Positions 45,263 to 55,792 of a stretch of 64,000 nt of DNA are shown in pieces. The DNA comes from Calditrichales bacterium (lineage in GTDB: Bacteria; Calditrichota; Calditrichia; Calditrichales; J004). Location of the stretch: contig OZ254086.1 in assembly GCA_965267575.1 (NCBI GenBank), positions 3,392,001 through 3,456,000 of the forward strand, written 5' to 3'. The translations under genes and the position numbers were made by a program. Position 1 is the stretch's first letter. The number at the start of each line of letters is the position of its first letter. The notes below the pieces were generated by a model. It was not told the origin of the DNA, searched no databases, and saw only the letters and a list, made by a program, of their open reading frames with translations.

Positions 45263-46207
45263 ATGGCCAGGGAAACGGTTATTTTTGCGCTGGGCGGCAA
45301 TGCGATCACACGGGAATTTGAAGAGGGTTCTATAACGCAGCAGTTTGCCAACGTACGCAACAGTCTTGCCGGAGCGATCGATTTATTGCAGCGCGGCTAT
45401 AATGTTGTTATTACACACGGCAACGGGCCGCAGGTTGGCAACGCCCTTATCCGCGTGGAAGAAGCACGCCAGTTGGTGCCGCCGCTTCCGCTCGGTGTAA
45501 TCGTAGCTGACCTCGAGGGAGGCATGGGCTACATGATAGAGCAATGTTTCCAAAACCTGTTGCATGATGCAGGTATCGAAAAGCAGGTTACAACGATCAT
45601 AACCCAGGTGGTGGTGGATCCGGATGATCCCTCGATCCAGGAGCCGACAAAATTTGTTGGTCCGTTTTTTACCTACGAGCAAGTGGCCGAACTGGAAGAA
45701 AAGCGCGGCTGGATTGTAAAGGAAGACAAAGGGCGCGGCTGGAGGCGCGTGGTACCCAGCCCCATACCAAAAGCCATAGTGGAAAAAGATATCATTCAAT
45801 TGCTTGTAAAGAATGATGTTGTGGTGATTGCCGGCGGTGGAGGCGGCATTCCTGTCTATTACGACAATCGCGGCTGGCTGGAGGGTGTTGACGGCGTTGT
45901 TGACAAAGACCTGGCTTCGGCGTTGATCGGCAACGAGATAAATGCCACAAAATTGGTTATCTTAACCGGCGTTGACAAAGTATCGGTCCATTACCGCACT
46001 AAAGATCAGATCGACCTGGATCTGCTGACAATAGCGGAAGCCCGGCGTTATCTGGAAGCCGGGGAGTTTCCCAAAGGAAGCATGGGACCAAAAATTCAGG
46101 CGGCCATAAATTTTATTGAAAATGGCGGCAAGGAGGTCCTGATTACGTCGATTGATTCGGTAAAGGATGCACTGGACGGCAAAAACGGTACGCGGATTGT
46201 GCCATAA
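45263..46207 (+). CDS. arcC: Carbamate kinase
   Basis: ALGGNA, ITHGNGPQVG, PTKFVGPF, GWRRVVPSP, GGGGIPV, VDKDLAS, GSMGPKI. Confidence 0.96.
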   Translation: MARETVIFALGGNAITREFEEGSITQQFANVRNSLAGAIDLLQRGYNVVITHGNGPQVGNALIRVEEARQLVPPLPLGVIVADLEGGMGYMIEQCFQNLLHDAGIEKQVTTIITQVVVDPDDPSIQEPTKFVGPFFTYEQVAELEEKRGWIVKEDKGRGWRRVVPSPIPKAIVEKDIIQLLVKNDVVVIAGGGGGIPVYYDNRGWLEGVDGVVDKDLASALIGNEINATKLVILTGVDKVSVHYRTKDQIDLDLLTIAEARRYLEAGEFPKGSMGPKIQAAINFIENGGKEVLITSIDSVKDALDGKNGTRIVP

Positions 46208-46250
46208 CCGCGGCCGCAAATTCTAAATTTAACAGGACGGGAGTCTGTTT

Positions 46251-47411
46251 ATGAATATTCACGAATATCAGGCCAAGGAGATTTTGCGCAAGTACAATGT
46301 GCCCGTTCCGCAGGGTTTCCCGGCTTTTAGCGTAGATGAAGCAGTTTCCGCGGCGGAAAAGCTGCCCAAGGGGGTTTACGTTGTTAAGGCCCAGATCCAC
46401 GCAGGTGGGCGCGGAAAAGGCGGCGGTGTAAAGATCGCCAAGAATCTTGAAGAAGTACGCGAATACGCCGGCGACATGCTGGGCATGAATCTGGTTACGC
46501 ACCAGACGGGCCCGGAAGGCAAGAAAGTGCAAAAGCTGCTTATCGAGCAGGGTATAGATATCGGTCGCGAGCTCTACCTGGGCATGGTCCTGGATCGCAG
46601 TACATCGCAGTTTGTGATGATGGCCAGCACCGAAGGCGGTGTGGAAATCGAAAAAGTAGCCGCTGAAACGCCTGAGAAGATTTTAAAAGTATGGTGCGAT
46701 CCTGCCGTGGGCCTGCAAGCATTCCAGGCGCGGCAATTGGCATTTGGCCTTGGTCTGGAAGGTGATCAGGTAAAGAATGCCGTAAAATTTATGATGTCCC
46801 TGTATAAAGCGTTTATGGCCAATGACAGTTCGCTGGCGGAAATCAATCCGCTGGTGGTGACAAAGCAGGGTGAGGTGCTGGCTCTGGACGCCAAGATCAA
46901 CTTTGATGATAACGCGCTGTACCGCCAGAAACACCTGGCCGACCTGCGCGATCTTGACGAAGAAGAGCCACTGGAAGTGGAAGCCTCCAAACATAACCTC
47001 AACTACATCAAGCTTGATGGCAATGTGGGTTGTATGGTCAACGGCGCAGGCCTGGCGATGGCGACCATGGACATCATCAAGCTGGCCGGCGGTGAGCCCG
47101 CCAACTTCCTCGATGTGGGGGGCGGCGCCAATGTGGAAACGGTGCGCAATGGTTTTAAAATTATCCTGAGCGATAAAAACGTAAAGGCTATTCTAATCAA
47201 CATCTTTGGTGGCATCGTGCGTTGCGATCGCGTGGCGCAGGGCGTTATCGAAGCGGTTAAGACCATTGACGTGGACGTACCCGTTGTGGTAAGGCTGGAA
47301 GGTACAAATGCCAAGGAAGCCGGTGTATTACTAAAAGAATCGGGTATGGATTTTGTTGTAGCCGCCACATTGGACGACGCGGCCGACAAAGTGATAGAAG
47401 TATTGCAGTAA
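46251..47411 (+). CDS. sucC: Succinyl-CoA synthetase beta subunit
   Basis: [59 protein letters not shown]. Confidence 0.98.
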   Translation: MNIHEYQAKEILRKYNVPVPQGFPAFSVDEAVSAAEKLPKGVYVVKAQIHAGGRGKGGGVKIAKNLEEVREYAGDMLGMNLVTHQTGPEGKKVQKLLIEQGIDIGRELYLGMVLDRSTSQFVMMASTEGGVEIEKVAAETPEKILKVWCDPAVGLQAFQARQLAFGLGLEGDQVKNAVKFMMSLYKAFMANDSSLAEINPLVVTKQGEVLALDAKINFDDNALYRQKHLADLRDLDEEEPLEVEASKHNLNYIKLDGNVGCMVNGAGLAMATMDIIKLAGGEPANFLDVGGGANVETVRNGFKIILSDKNVKAILINIFGGIVRCDRVAQGVIEAVKTIDVDVPVVVRLEGTNAKEAGVLLKESGMDFVVAATLDDAADKVIEVLQ

Positions 47412-47446
47412 CCCGCTTAAATCAGCTTGATTGAGGAGAATGAAAA

Positions 47447-48319
47447 ATGAGTGTATTGCTCACTGAAAAAACAAAAGTTTTAATACAGGGAATTACAGGT
47501 TCGGAAGGATCATTCCATACCCGCCAGATGATGGATTACAATACCCGCGTGGTGGCCGGTGTTACCCCGGGCAAAGGCGGACAGAAGTTCGAAGAAAATG
47601 TGCCGGTTTTTAACACGGTGCGCGAAGCCGCCGAAGCAACCGGCGCCAACGCCTCGGTCATTTTCGTGCCTCCGCCGTTTGCCGCCGACGCGGTTATGGA
47701 AGCCGCCGATGCAGGCCTGGATCTCGTAGTCTGTATCACGGAAGGTATACCGGCAAAGGATATGGTTTATGTTTATGATTATCTGAAGGAACGTGGTACA
47801 AAACTGGTGGGCCCCAACTGCCCCGGCGTTATTTCGCCTGGTATCGGCAAAATGGGCATCATGCCGGCGTTTATTCATCAGCCGGGACACGTGGGTGTTA
47901 TAAGCCGCTCCGGTACGCTTACCTATGAAGCGGTTGGCCAGCTCAGTGCCCGTGATATCGGGCAATCCACCTGTATCGGTATCGGTGGTGACCCCGTTAT
48001 CGGCACGCGCTTTATCGACGCTCTGCAGCTTTTTGCGGAAGATGACGATACGCGCGCTATCGTGATGATTGGCGAAATTGGCGGTAGCGCTGAAGAGGAA
48101 GCCGCCGAGTGGATTAAAGACAATCTGAAAAAACCGGTTGTAGGCTTTATTGCCGGGCAAACCGCGCCTCCGGGACGGCGCATGGGCCATGCGGGAGCAA
48201 TCATCAGTGGTGGAAAAGGCACTGCGGATGACAAAATGAAAGCTATGAACGCCGCGGGTATTCATGTATGCAAAAGCCCGGCGGATATTGGAAAAGCAAT
48301 TGAAGAAGTAATCAAATAA
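47447..48319 (+). CDS. sucD: Succinyl-CoA synthetase alpha subunit
   Basis: [43 protein letters not shown] (phospho-His). Confidence 0.98.
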   Translation: MSVLLTEKTKVLIQGITGSEGSFHTRQMMDYNTRVVAGVTPGKGGQKFEENVPVFNTVREAAEATGANASVIFVPPPFAADAVMEAADAGLDLVVCITEGIPAKDMVYVYDYLKERGTKLVGPNCPGVISPGIGKMGIMPAFIHQPGHVGVISRSGTLTYEAVGQLSARDIGQSTCIGIGGDPVIGTRFIDALQLFAEDDDTRAIVMIGEIGGSAEEEAAEWIKDNLKKPVVGFIAGQTAPPGRRMGHAGAIISGGKGTADDKMKAMNAAGIHVCKSPADIGKAIEEVIK

Positions 48320-48334
48320 ACAGGAGAATTATTA

Positions 48335-48760
48335 GTGGCTGAACGTACCTTGGCTATTTTGAAGCCGGATTGTATTCAGAATAAATATACAGGTAAGGTG
48401 ATCGATCATTTGCTGCAGGCCGGCTTTAAGGTTGTGGCAATGAAAATGGTAAGGCTTACACGCGACGTGGCAGGTGAATTTTATGCCGTGCACAAGGAGC
48501 GTCCGTTCTACGGTGAGCTGGTTGATTTCATGACCGAGTCGGCGGTGATTCCGTTGGTGCTGGAACGTGAAGATGCCGTCGCGCATCTGCGCAAAGTCAT
48601 CGGCGCTACCGATCCTGCGGAAGCTGCAGACGGAACAGTTCGCAAGCTTTACGCCGAAAGCAAGGGAAGAAATACAATCCATGCTTCTGATTCTGATGAA
48701 AACGCCGCGCGTGAAAGCGCATTTTTCTTTGCCGAGTCGGAACTGATAGCAAACCGCTGA
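48335..48760 (+). CDS. ndk: Nucleoside diphosphate kinase
   Basis: [35 protein letters not shown]. Confidence 0.97.
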   Translation: MAERTLAILKPDCIQNKYTGKVIDHLLQAGFKVVAMKMVRLTRDVAGEFYAVHKERPFYGELVDFMTESAVIPLVLEREDAVAHLRKVIGATDPAEAADGTVRKLYAESKGRNTIHASDSDENAARESAFFFAESELIANR

Positions 48761-48780
48761 GTTGCAAAAAAGTAACGTGG

Positions 48781-48807
48781 AAGCGTCCTGCGGGGCGCTT
48801 TTTTTTT
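48781..48807 (+). terminator. Intrinsic terminator after ndk
   Basis: AAGCGTCC..GGGCGCTT hairpin followed by a long T-tract. Confidence 0.8.
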
Positions 48808-48841
48808 GCGGGACTGAAGCAAAATTTGGGCCGCGCCTTTG

Positions 48842-48870
48842 TTGAATTGATTTAAAACCTTTTTTATATT
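48842..48870 (+). promoter_or_regulatory. Putative promoter of the yceD-rpmF-fab operon
   Basis: TTGAAT-N17-TATATT ending 10 nt before ATG 48881. Confidence 0.45.
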
Positions 48871-48880
48871 CTAAATTCTA

Positions 48881-49372
48881 ATGAAAATTTCATTACAGAG
48901 TCTTAAGCAGGGCATCGCCGAGTTTAACGAGAAGGTTGAGCCCGATTTTCTTGATGAGACTTATCAGCCTTTTTACCCGGAGATTTTGAGGGTACATGCC
49001 CGGGTTGACAAATTTGACCGGGACTACCGGGTAGACATCACACTTAGGACAATTGGCCATTTTAGATGTGACCGCTGTCTGGAAGATTATAGCAGGGAGA
49101 TCACATTAACGGCCGAACATATTTTCCGGGTGATCCCGGCGGAAGGAGATGATGACGAGATCATCGAAATACCTGCCGATGCCACGGAGATTGACTTAAC
49201 GCCTTTTCTTGAAGAGCTGCTCATTCTGGAGCACCCGATCAAGATGCTGTGCAAAGAAGATTGCAAAGGACTTTGTCCCGGTTGCGGGGTAAACCTGAAT
49301 CACGAAAGCTGCCGCTGCAGTGATGACGATATTGATCCGCGCTGGGAAGAATTGAGAAAATTAATAAAATAG
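48881..49372 (+). CDS. yceD: DUF177/YceD family protein
   Basis: CDRCL, LCKEDCKGLCPGCGVNLN, IDPRWEEL; position before rpmF. Confidence 0.93.
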   Translation: MKISLQSLKQGIAEFNEKVEPDFLDETYQPFYPEILRVHARVDKFDRDYRVDITLRTIGHFRCDRCLEDYSREITLTAEHIFRVIPAEGDDDEIIEIPADATEIDLTPFLEELLILEHPIKMLCKEDCKGLCPGCGVNLNHESCRCSDDDIDPRWEELRKLIK

Positions 49373-49393
49373 ATATCAGAAACAGGAGAACAA

Positions 49394-49582
49394 ATGGCAA
49401 ATCCAAAAAGAAAATTATCCCGGTCCAAGCGTGATCACAGACGCGCACATTGGATGAATTCGACCGGAAACCGTAACATTATTACGTGTGACAATTGCGG
49501 TGAAAAAATGATTTCCCACCATGCCTGCCCATCTTGCGGCTACTATCGCGGCAGAAAAGTAGACACTCCAAAAGCTTCATAA
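49394..49582 (+). CDS. rpmF: 50S ribosomal protein L32 (Zn-ribbon form)
   Basis: MANPKRKLSRSKRDHRRAH, CDNC..HHACPSCGYYRG. Confidence 0.96.
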   Translation: MANPKRKLSRSKRDHRRAHWMNSTGNRNIITCDNCGEKMISHHACPSCGYYRGRKVDTPKAS

Positions 49583-49598
49583 CCAAGCGGACTTTATT

Positions 49599-50633
49599 GT
49601 GCGAATTGCTCTGGATGCACTGGGGGGCGATCACGGGCCGTCCGTAACCGTACACGGCGCGTATCTGTACCTCCAGAACAATCCCGATGACAGCGTTGTG
49701 CTTGTCGGGGCGCGTGACCAGATAGAGGAAGAATTGGAAAAGATTCCTTCCTCTTATCACAGTCGTTTGCCCATTTGCCATGCGCCCGAAAACATCGATA
49801 TGCATGAATCACCGACAGAGGCATTACGCAAGAAAAAGAATTCGTCCATGGTGCAGGGTTTGACGCTGCACAAAAACGGAGAAGTGGATGCTTTTGTGAG
49901 TGCCGGTAGCACCGGGGCGCAAATGGCGGCCAGCCTGCTTGTCCTGGGGAGGATTTCTTCGGTAAAACGGCCGGCCATAGGCGCGTTTCTGCCTTCGGAA
50001 AAGGGACTCGTATTTGTCATTGATGTTGGCGCCAATGTGGACAGCAAGCCTGTACACCTTTTTCAGTTTGCAACCATGGCCAACATTTTTGTTAGTTACG
50101 CCTTTAAAACAGATGAGGTGGGACAACATACACACAAGGTCGGTTTGCTGAGCATCGGTGAAGAAGACAGCAAGGGCAATGAAGTTACCGTTGCAACCAA
50201 CAAGCTTTTAAAGGAAAAACTGCCCAATTTTCACGGGAATGTGGAGGGCGGTGATATTTTCCGCGGCACCGTTGACATAATCGTATGCGACGGATTTGTC
50301 GGCAACATTTTGTTGAAGATGGCCGAGAGCGTTATGAGTGTTTTGCTGAACGGGGTCAAAAAGAATATTGGTAAAAACCTGATCAAGAATTTTGGCGCCA
50401 TCCTGGTGAAGCCGGCCATAACTGCACTAAAGCAAAATTTCAGCTATGAGGAGTATGGAGGTGTCCCGTTGCTTGGTGTAAACGGGATTTCCATTATCTG
50501 CCATGGAAAGTCCAGTTCGCTGGCTTTGAAGAATGCTTTGCGTGTTGCGCGCAATATGTACGACAAGAAAATAAACGATCAAATTGAAGAAAAATTAAAA
50601 ACCGAGGAAGAGCTGAATGCAAAAGCGGGCTAA
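49599..50633 (+). CDS. plsX: Phosphate acyltransferase
   Basis: IALDALGGDHGP, SAGSTGA, DVGANVD, IGEEDSKG, NVEG, CDGFVGNI, CHGKS. Confidence 0.96.
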   Translation: MRIALDALGGDHGPSVTVHGAYLYLQNNPDDSVVLVGARDQIEEELEKIPSSYHSRLPICHAPENIDMHESPTEALRKKKNSSMVQGLTLHKNGEVDAFVSAGSTGAQMAASLLVLGRISSVKRPAIGAFLPSEKGLVFVIDVGANVDSKPVHLFQFATMANIFVSYAFKTDEVGQHTHKVGLLSIGEEDSKGNEVTVATNKLLKEKLPNFHGNVEGGDIFRGTVDIIVCDGFVGNILLKMAESVMSVLLNGVKKNIGKNLIKNFGAILVKPAITALKQNFSYEEYGGVPLLGVNGISIICHGKSSSLALKNALRVARNMYDKKINDQIEEKLKTEEELNAKAG

Positions 50634-51660
50634 AATAAGCGCTGTAAGCCACTATGTGCCGGACAAAGTTCTGACCAACTTTGATCTGGAAAAAATGGTA
50701 GATACCAGTGACGAATGGATACGCACGCGTACAGGCATTCGCGAAAGACGTATCCTGGAGGATGGCAAAGCCACTTCGGATATGGGCGCGGAAGCTGTTA
50801 AAAAACTGTGTCAACAAAGGGGTATCGGGCCGGAAGATATTGATGTAATCATCGTTGCAACCGTAACGCCGGATATGTTTTTCCCGAGCACCGGAAACCT
50901 GATCCAGGAAAAGGTCGGGGCGGTCAACGCCTGGTCATTTGATGTAGCTGCCGCCTGTTCCGGGTTTATTTTCGCTTTATCGGTTGGCACGCAGTTTATC
51001 AATGCCGGCACGCATCAGAAAGTAGTCGTGATCGGCAGCGACAAAATGACCTCAATTATCAATTACCGCGATCGTAATACCTGCGTTTTGTTTGGCGACG
51101 CGGCGGGCGCTGTTTTGCTGGAGCCATCTGACGATGAGGATGGCCTGATTGATTTTATGCTTCGCACCGATGGCAGCGGCGCAGACTATCTTAAAATGAA
51201 GGCCGGTGGCAGTCTCTATCCGGCAACGCTGCATTCTGTGGCCAATGACTGGCATTTTATTTACCAGGATGGCAAGCAGGTGTTTAAATATGCCGTACAG
51301 AGAATGGCCGATGTATCGGTAAAAATACTTGAAAAATATAATTACTCCGGCGATGACCTGACTCTATTTGTGCCGCACCAGGCCAACCTGCGCATTATTG
51401 ATGCCGCTGTTAAACGCCTGGGCATCGATTATGACAAGGTTATGATCAACATCGAAAAATATGGCAATACCACGGCCGCCACTATTCCGCTGGCGCTTTC
51501 CGAAGCGCACCTTGAGGGCAGGGTGGACAAGGGCGACCTGGTGCTTTTTGCGACTTTTGGCGGCGGTTTCACCTGGGGCAGTGCATTGCTGACCTGGGCG
51601 CTGGATAAGCCGGCCGGCGTAGAAAAGAAACAGCAGGAAAAGGCTGAAGCCAACGTCTGA
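50617..51660 (+). CDS. fabH: 3-oxoacyl-ACP synthase III
   Basis: DTSDEWIRTRTGI, AACSGF, LFGDAAGA, PHQANLRII, YGNT, FGGGFTWG. Confidence 0.96.
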   Translation: MQKRAKISAVSHYVPDKVLTNFDLEKMVDTSDEWIRTRTGIRERRILEDGKATSDMGAEAVKKLCQQRGIGPEDIDVIIVATVTPDMFFPSTGNLIQEKVGAVNAWSFDVAAACSGFIFALSVGTQFINAGTHQKVVVIGSDKMTSIINYRDRNTCVLFGDAAGAVLLEPSDDEDGLIDFMLRTDGSGADYLKMKAGGSLYPATLHSVANDWHFIYQDGKQVFKYAVQRMADVSVKILEKYNYSGDDLTLFVPHQANLRIIDAAVKRLGIDYDKVMINIEKYGNTTAATIPLALSEAHLEGRVDKGDLVLFATFGGGFTWGSALLTWALDKPAGVEKKQQEKAEANV

Positions 51661-51691
51661 CAATTCTAGTTTTTGGGGCTGATAAAATCAT

Positions 51692-52612
51692 ATGAAAGAC
51701 GCATTTATATTTCCGGGACAAGCATCGCAGTTTGTCGGGATGGCCGGTGACCTGTATGAACAATTTGACCTGGCCAGGGAATATTTTGATAAAGCCAATG
51801 ATATTCTGGGTCTTGATCTGAAAAAGCTTTGCTTTGAAGGACCAGAGGAAGAGCTAAAACAAACTTATATCACGCAGCCGGCTATCTTTGTGCACAGCAC
51901 CATTGTTGCCGGTCTCTTGAAGCAAAAGGGCGTAGAGCCGCGTGCAGTGGCCGGGCACAGCCTTGGTGAATACAGCGCACTTGTTGCCGCGGGCGCGTTT
52001 GATTTTGAAAGCGGCTTCCGCCTTGTAAAAGAACGCAGCCGCCTGATGTTCCAGGCCGGGCAATCGCGTCCGGGAACGATGGGCGCCATCATCGGGCTGG
52101 AAGACGATCAGGTTAAGGAGATTTGCGCTTCTCTGAAAAGCGAAGGTATTGTTCAGCCGGCCAATTTCAATTCACCGGGCCAGGTGGCGATTAGCGGCGA
52201 GCGTGGCGTTGTGCTTAAGGCGCTGGAAGTATCCCGTGAAAAGGGCGCGCGCAAGGCTGTCGAGTTGGAAGTGTCCGGAGCGTTTCACAGCCCGTTAATG
52301 GAAGAGGCTATAGAAGGTCTGCAAAAAGCAATCGCTTCCACAGAAATTAAAGATATCGATATTCCCGTTTACACGAATGTTACAGCCGGGCCGGTGAAAA
52401 AATCGGCCGAAATTGGGGAGCTTCTTTTAAAGCAGTTGAGTAGCCCTGTGCGCTGGCGTGAGATCATCGAAAACATGGCCAAAGACGGCTTTGAAAATTT
52501 TGTTGAAGTCGGGCCCGGCAAGGTCTTAAAAGGTTTGCACAAGAGAATTAACCGCGATCTGGACTGCCAGACCTGTGGCACCGTTGAAGAACTGAATACA
52601 TTTGGAAGCTGA
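51692..52612 (+). CDS. fabD: Malonyl-CoA:ACP transacylase
   Basis: FPGQASQ, TQPA, GHSLGEY, VSGAFHS, PVRW, GPGKVL. Confidence 0.97.
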   Translation: MKDAFIFPGQASQFVGMAGDLYEQFDLAREYFDKANDILGLDLKKLCFEGPEEELKQTYITQPAIFVHSTIVAGLLKQKGVEPRAVAGHSLGEYSALVAAGAFDFESGFRLVKERSRLMFQAGQSRPGTMGAIIGLEDDQVKEICASLKSEGIVQPANFNSPGQVAISGERGVVLKALEVSREKGARKAVELEVSGAFHSPLMEEAIEGLQKAIASTEIKDIDIPVYTNVTAGPVKKSAEIGELLLKQLSSPVRWREIIENMAKDGFENFVEVGPGKVLKGLHKRINRDLDCQTCGTVEELNTFGS

Positions 52613-52615
52613 ATT

Positions 52616-53356
52616 ATGGATTTTAAGGACCAGGTTGTTGTCGTTACCGGATCATCCCGGGGCATAGGTAAAGAGATTGCCCTGGCTTTTGCCCGTGAGG
52701 GCGCGTCTGTTGTTTTAAGCGGACGCAATGAGCAGGCTTTAACGCCTGTTGCCGCGGATGTGGAAAAGGCCGGCGGCAAGGCCCTGGTCTGCGCAGCCGA
52801 CGTCTCCGAAACACAAAGCGCGCAAAACTTGATTGATCAGGCGTTACAGAAGTTTGGCCGCGTTGATATTCTTGTAAATAACGCAGGCATTACGCGTGAC
52901 AATATTTTACTTCGCTTAAATGAGGATGACTGGGACACTGTTATCGATATCAACCTTAAAGGCGCTTTTAACTGCGCCAAAGCGGTGGCAAAACCGATGA
53001 TGAAGCAGCGCATCGGCTGCATAATAAACATAACATCCGTGGTTGGTCAGATGGGCAACGCCGGACAATCCAATTATGCAGCCAGCAAAGCCGGTTTAAT
53101 AGGCTTTACAAAGAGCTTGGCAAAAGAACTGGCGTCGCGCAATATCCGCGTGAACGCCGTGGCTCCGGGATTTATCGAGACAGATATGACATCGGAGCTG
53201 CCGGAAAAAGCACGGGAAGAACTGGTTAACGCCATACCGCTGAAGAAGCTTGGCAACGCGGGCGATGTGGCCGATTTAGTTCTGTTTTTATCTTCAAACA
53301 AAGCACAGTATATTACCGGCCAAGTCGTCAATGTGGACGGCGGCATGGTTATGTAA
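52616..53356 (+). CDS. fabG: 3-oxoacyl-ACP reductase
   Basis: [35 protein letters not shown]. Confidence 0.97.
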   Translation: MDFKDQVVVVTGSSRGIGKEIALAFAREGASVVLSGRNEQALTPVAADVEKAGGKALVCAADVSETQSAQNLIDQALQKFGRVDILVNNAGITRDNILLRLNEDDWDTVIDINLKGAFNCAKAVAKPMMKQRIGCIINITSVVGQMGNAGQSNYAASKAGLIGFTKSLAKELASRNIRVNAVAPGFIETDMTSELPEKAREELVNAIPLKKLGNAGDVADLVLFLSSNKAQYITGQVVNVDGGMVM

Positions 53357-53393
53357 AAAAACGCAAATAATACGCAAGCGAGGAGGAGGATAC

Positions 53394-53627
53394 ATGTCAA
53401 TTGCAGATCAAGTTAAGGATATTATTGTTGATCAGCTTGGAGTGGATGAGGGGCAGGTTAAACCGGAAGCATCTTTCATTGATGATCTTGGCGCAGACAG
53501 CCTGGATACGGTAGAACTGGTAATGGCCTTTGAAGAAAAATTCGATATCGAAATTCCCGATGAAGACGCGGAAAAAATGCGTACCGTCGGCGATGCCGTT
53601 TCTTACCTGGAAGAAAAATTAGGCTAA
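53394..53627 (+). CDS. acpP: Acyl carrier protein
   Basis: [18 protein letters not shown]; strong SD AGGAGG before ATG 53394. Confidence 0.97.
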   Translation: MSIADQVKDIIVDQLGVDEGQVKPEASFIDDLGADSLDTVELVMAFEEKFDIEIPDEDAEKMRTVGDAVSYLEEKLG

Positions 53628-53667
53628 AACGCACATTTTTCTGACACGAATTTTTTGTTGAAATTGA

Positions 53668-53705
53668 AAGCAATCCGTGGTTGTGCGGATTGCTTCTTAT
53701 TTTTT
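53668..53705 (+). terminator. Hairpin/terminator between acpP and fabF
   Basis: AAGCAATCCG-TGGTTGTG-CGGATTGCTT followed by a T-rich stretch. Confidence 0.6.
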
Positions 53706-53734
53706 GGCATGTTGAATCATCGAAGGATTATGTA

Positions 53735-54979
53735 ATGCAAAAGCGACGCGTTGTCGTTACCGGACTCGGAGCGATCAGCCCGGTAGGAAATACAGTCCGG
53801 GAAACATGGAATGCCTTGCTGGAGGGCAAAAGCGGTGTCGACAAAATCACCCTTTTTGATACGTCCGATCATAAAACTCAAATTGCCGGGGAAGTAAAGA
53901 ACTTTAATCCCGAGGATCATATTGACCGCAAGGAAGCGCGGAAGCTGGACCGTTTTACGCAATTGGCCATAGTCGGCGCCGATGAAGCCATAAAATCATC
54001 CGGCCTGGACCTTGAAAAAGTCAACCGGGACCGTGTTGGCGTTATTGTGGGAACGGGTATCGGCGGTATGTACACGTTTGAATCCGAGCATGAAAAGCTT
54101 ATTTCTGCAGGTCCGCGCCGTGTGTCCCCGTTTTTTATCCCGATGATGATCGGTGATATTGCTGCGGGCCAGATATCGATTCGATACAATCTTAAGGGTC
54201 CCAACTATTCCACCGTTTCGGCCTGTGCCTCTTCCGGGCATGCCGTTGGAGTCAGCTACCGTACGATCCAGTATGGCGATGCCGATGTAATGGTATGCGG
54301 CGGAACGGAGGCTGTTGTAACGCCCATGGCCGTAGCCGGATTCAACAATTCCAAGGCTCTAAGCACCAACAATGACGAGCCGCAAAAAGCCAGCCGCCCG
54401 TTTGACGCCATGCGCGACGGTTTTGTGCTGGGCGAAGGCGCGGGCATTCTGATCCTTGAAGAACTGGAACATGCCCTGGCCCGCGGTGCAAATATTATTG
54501 CTGAAGTAGCCGGTATCGGCTTTACGGCCGACGCGTTTCATATCACGCAGCCGGCGCCGGGTGGCGAAGGAGCTGTAAGGGCTATGGCCAATACGCTGGA
54601 AGACGCAGGCTTAAAGCCGCAGGACGTTGATTATATCAATGCCCATGGCACGTCGACGCCATACAACGATAAAAATGAGAGCGCGGCCATCCGCCAGGTT
54701 TTTGGTGAATACGCGGACAAAGTGGCCGTGAGTTCAACAAAGTCGATGACAGGGCACCTGCTTGGCGCTGCCGGCGGTATGGAGATGATCATCTGCGCGC
54801 TCGCCGTAAAAGAGGATCATATACCGCCCACGATTAATTATGAAAACCCGGATCCTGAGTGTGATTTAAACTATACGCCCAATAAAGCCGTGAAACGAAC
54901 GGTGCGGGCGGCCATTAGCAATTCCTTCGGGTTTGGCGGACATAACACGTGTCTGGCTGTTAAAAAATATACAGCGTAA
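53735..54979 (+). CDS. fabF: 3-oxoacyl-ACP synthase II
   Basis: RRVVVTGLG, SACAS, RPFD, INAHGTST, KSMTGHLLGA, NSFGFGG; start ATG 53735. Confidence 0.97.
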   Translation: MQKRRVVVTGLGAISPVGNTVRETWNALLEGKSGVDKITLFDTSDHKTQIAGEVKNFNPEDHIDRKEARKLDRFTQLAIVGADEAIKSSGLDLEKVNRDRVGVIVGTGIGGMYTFESEHEKLISAGPRRVSPFFIPMMIGDIAAGQISIRYNLKGPNYSTVSACASSGHAVGVSYRTIQYGDADVMVCGGTEAVVTPMAVAGFNNSKALSTNNDEPQKASRPFDAMRDGFVLGEGAGILILEELEHALARGANIIAEVAGIGFTADAFHITQPAPGGEGAVRAMANTLEDAGLKPQDVDYINAHGTSTPYNDKNESAAIRQVFGEYADKVAVSSTKSMTGHLLGAAGGMEMIICALAVKEDHIPPTINYENPDPECDLNYTPNKAVKRTVRAAISNSFGFGGHNTCLAVKKYTA

Positions 54980-54991
54980 GTCGATCTTTTG

Positions 54992-55792
54992 ATGTTGAAA
55001 AGAATTGCCCAATGGATGGGTCTTGAGCGGGACACTGAAAGCATTCTTAAAAAGTTTCGCCTGCTCGAAGAGATAATCGGTTACTCATTTTCTGATTACG
55101 AATTGCTGCAGGAGGCATTAAGACATCGTTCTTTCCTCAACCGAAACCAGGACACCGAGCTTGAGTCTAACGAGCGTCTTGAGTTTTTGGGAGATGCCAT
55201 TCTGGATTTTGTCGTTACCGATTTTTTGTTCAAAACGTTCAGTGAGGAAAATGAAGGCCTGCTGTCCCAGAAGAAATCGGTATTGGTTTCACGAAAAGTT
55301 TTAGGGAAGATCTGCGAAGAGATGGAGCTCGGCAAATTTCTAATTCTAAACCGCGGCGAAGAAAAAACCGGGGGCCGCAAAAGGCTTTCCAACCTGGCCA
55401 ACCTTTTTGAAGCCCTGTTGGGCGCGATATACCTGGATGGTGGAATCGAGCCAGCCAGGCAATTTGTAGACAAGATCGTATTATCCCGCCATAAAGAATT
55501 CCTGAAGACACAAAGTTTCTTCAATTATAAGTCGATGCTTTTGGAATTCGCCCAGGGCCAGGGCTGGGGTTTTCCCACCTATTCCGTTTTGGAAGAAAAG
55601 GGTCCGGATCACCGAAAGACATTTTTGGTAAAAGCGCAGGTTAATAACCATCATTCGGCAACGGGAACAGGCCCCAACAAGAAAAGTGCCGAGCAGAATG
55701 CGGCTAAAAACGCACTACAAAATTTAGCTTATGAATTTCCGGAAGTTGCCCGAAGACACGGATTGAAGGAAACAGTAAAGGATAGCGAATGA
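54992..55792 (+). CDS. rnc: Ribonuclease III
   Basis: NERLEFLGDAIL, FEALLGAIYLDGG, dsRBD NYKS..GPDH..KKSAEQNAA. Confidence 0.96.
   Translation: MLKRIAQWMGLERDTESILKKFRLLEEIIGYSFSDYELLQEALRHRSFLNRNQDTELESNERLEFLGDAILDFVVTDFLFKTFSEENEGLLSQKKSVLVSRKVLGKICEEMELGKFLILNRGEEKTGGRKRLSNLANLFEALLGAIYLDGGIEPARQFVDKIVLSRHKEFLKTQSFFNYKSMLLEFAQGQGWGFPTYSVLEEKGPDHRKTFLVKAQVNNHHSATGTGPNKKSAEQNAAKNALQNLAYEFPEVARRHGLKETVKDSE

Noticed and set aside
53331..53393. Extended ORF-track starts for acpP (53331), fabF (53681), Rrf2 (18501) and DUF1992 (20592)
   Set aside because: Downstream ATGs match family N-termini or SD sequences, and the extensions overlap hairpins, putative regulatory sequence or neighbouring genes.
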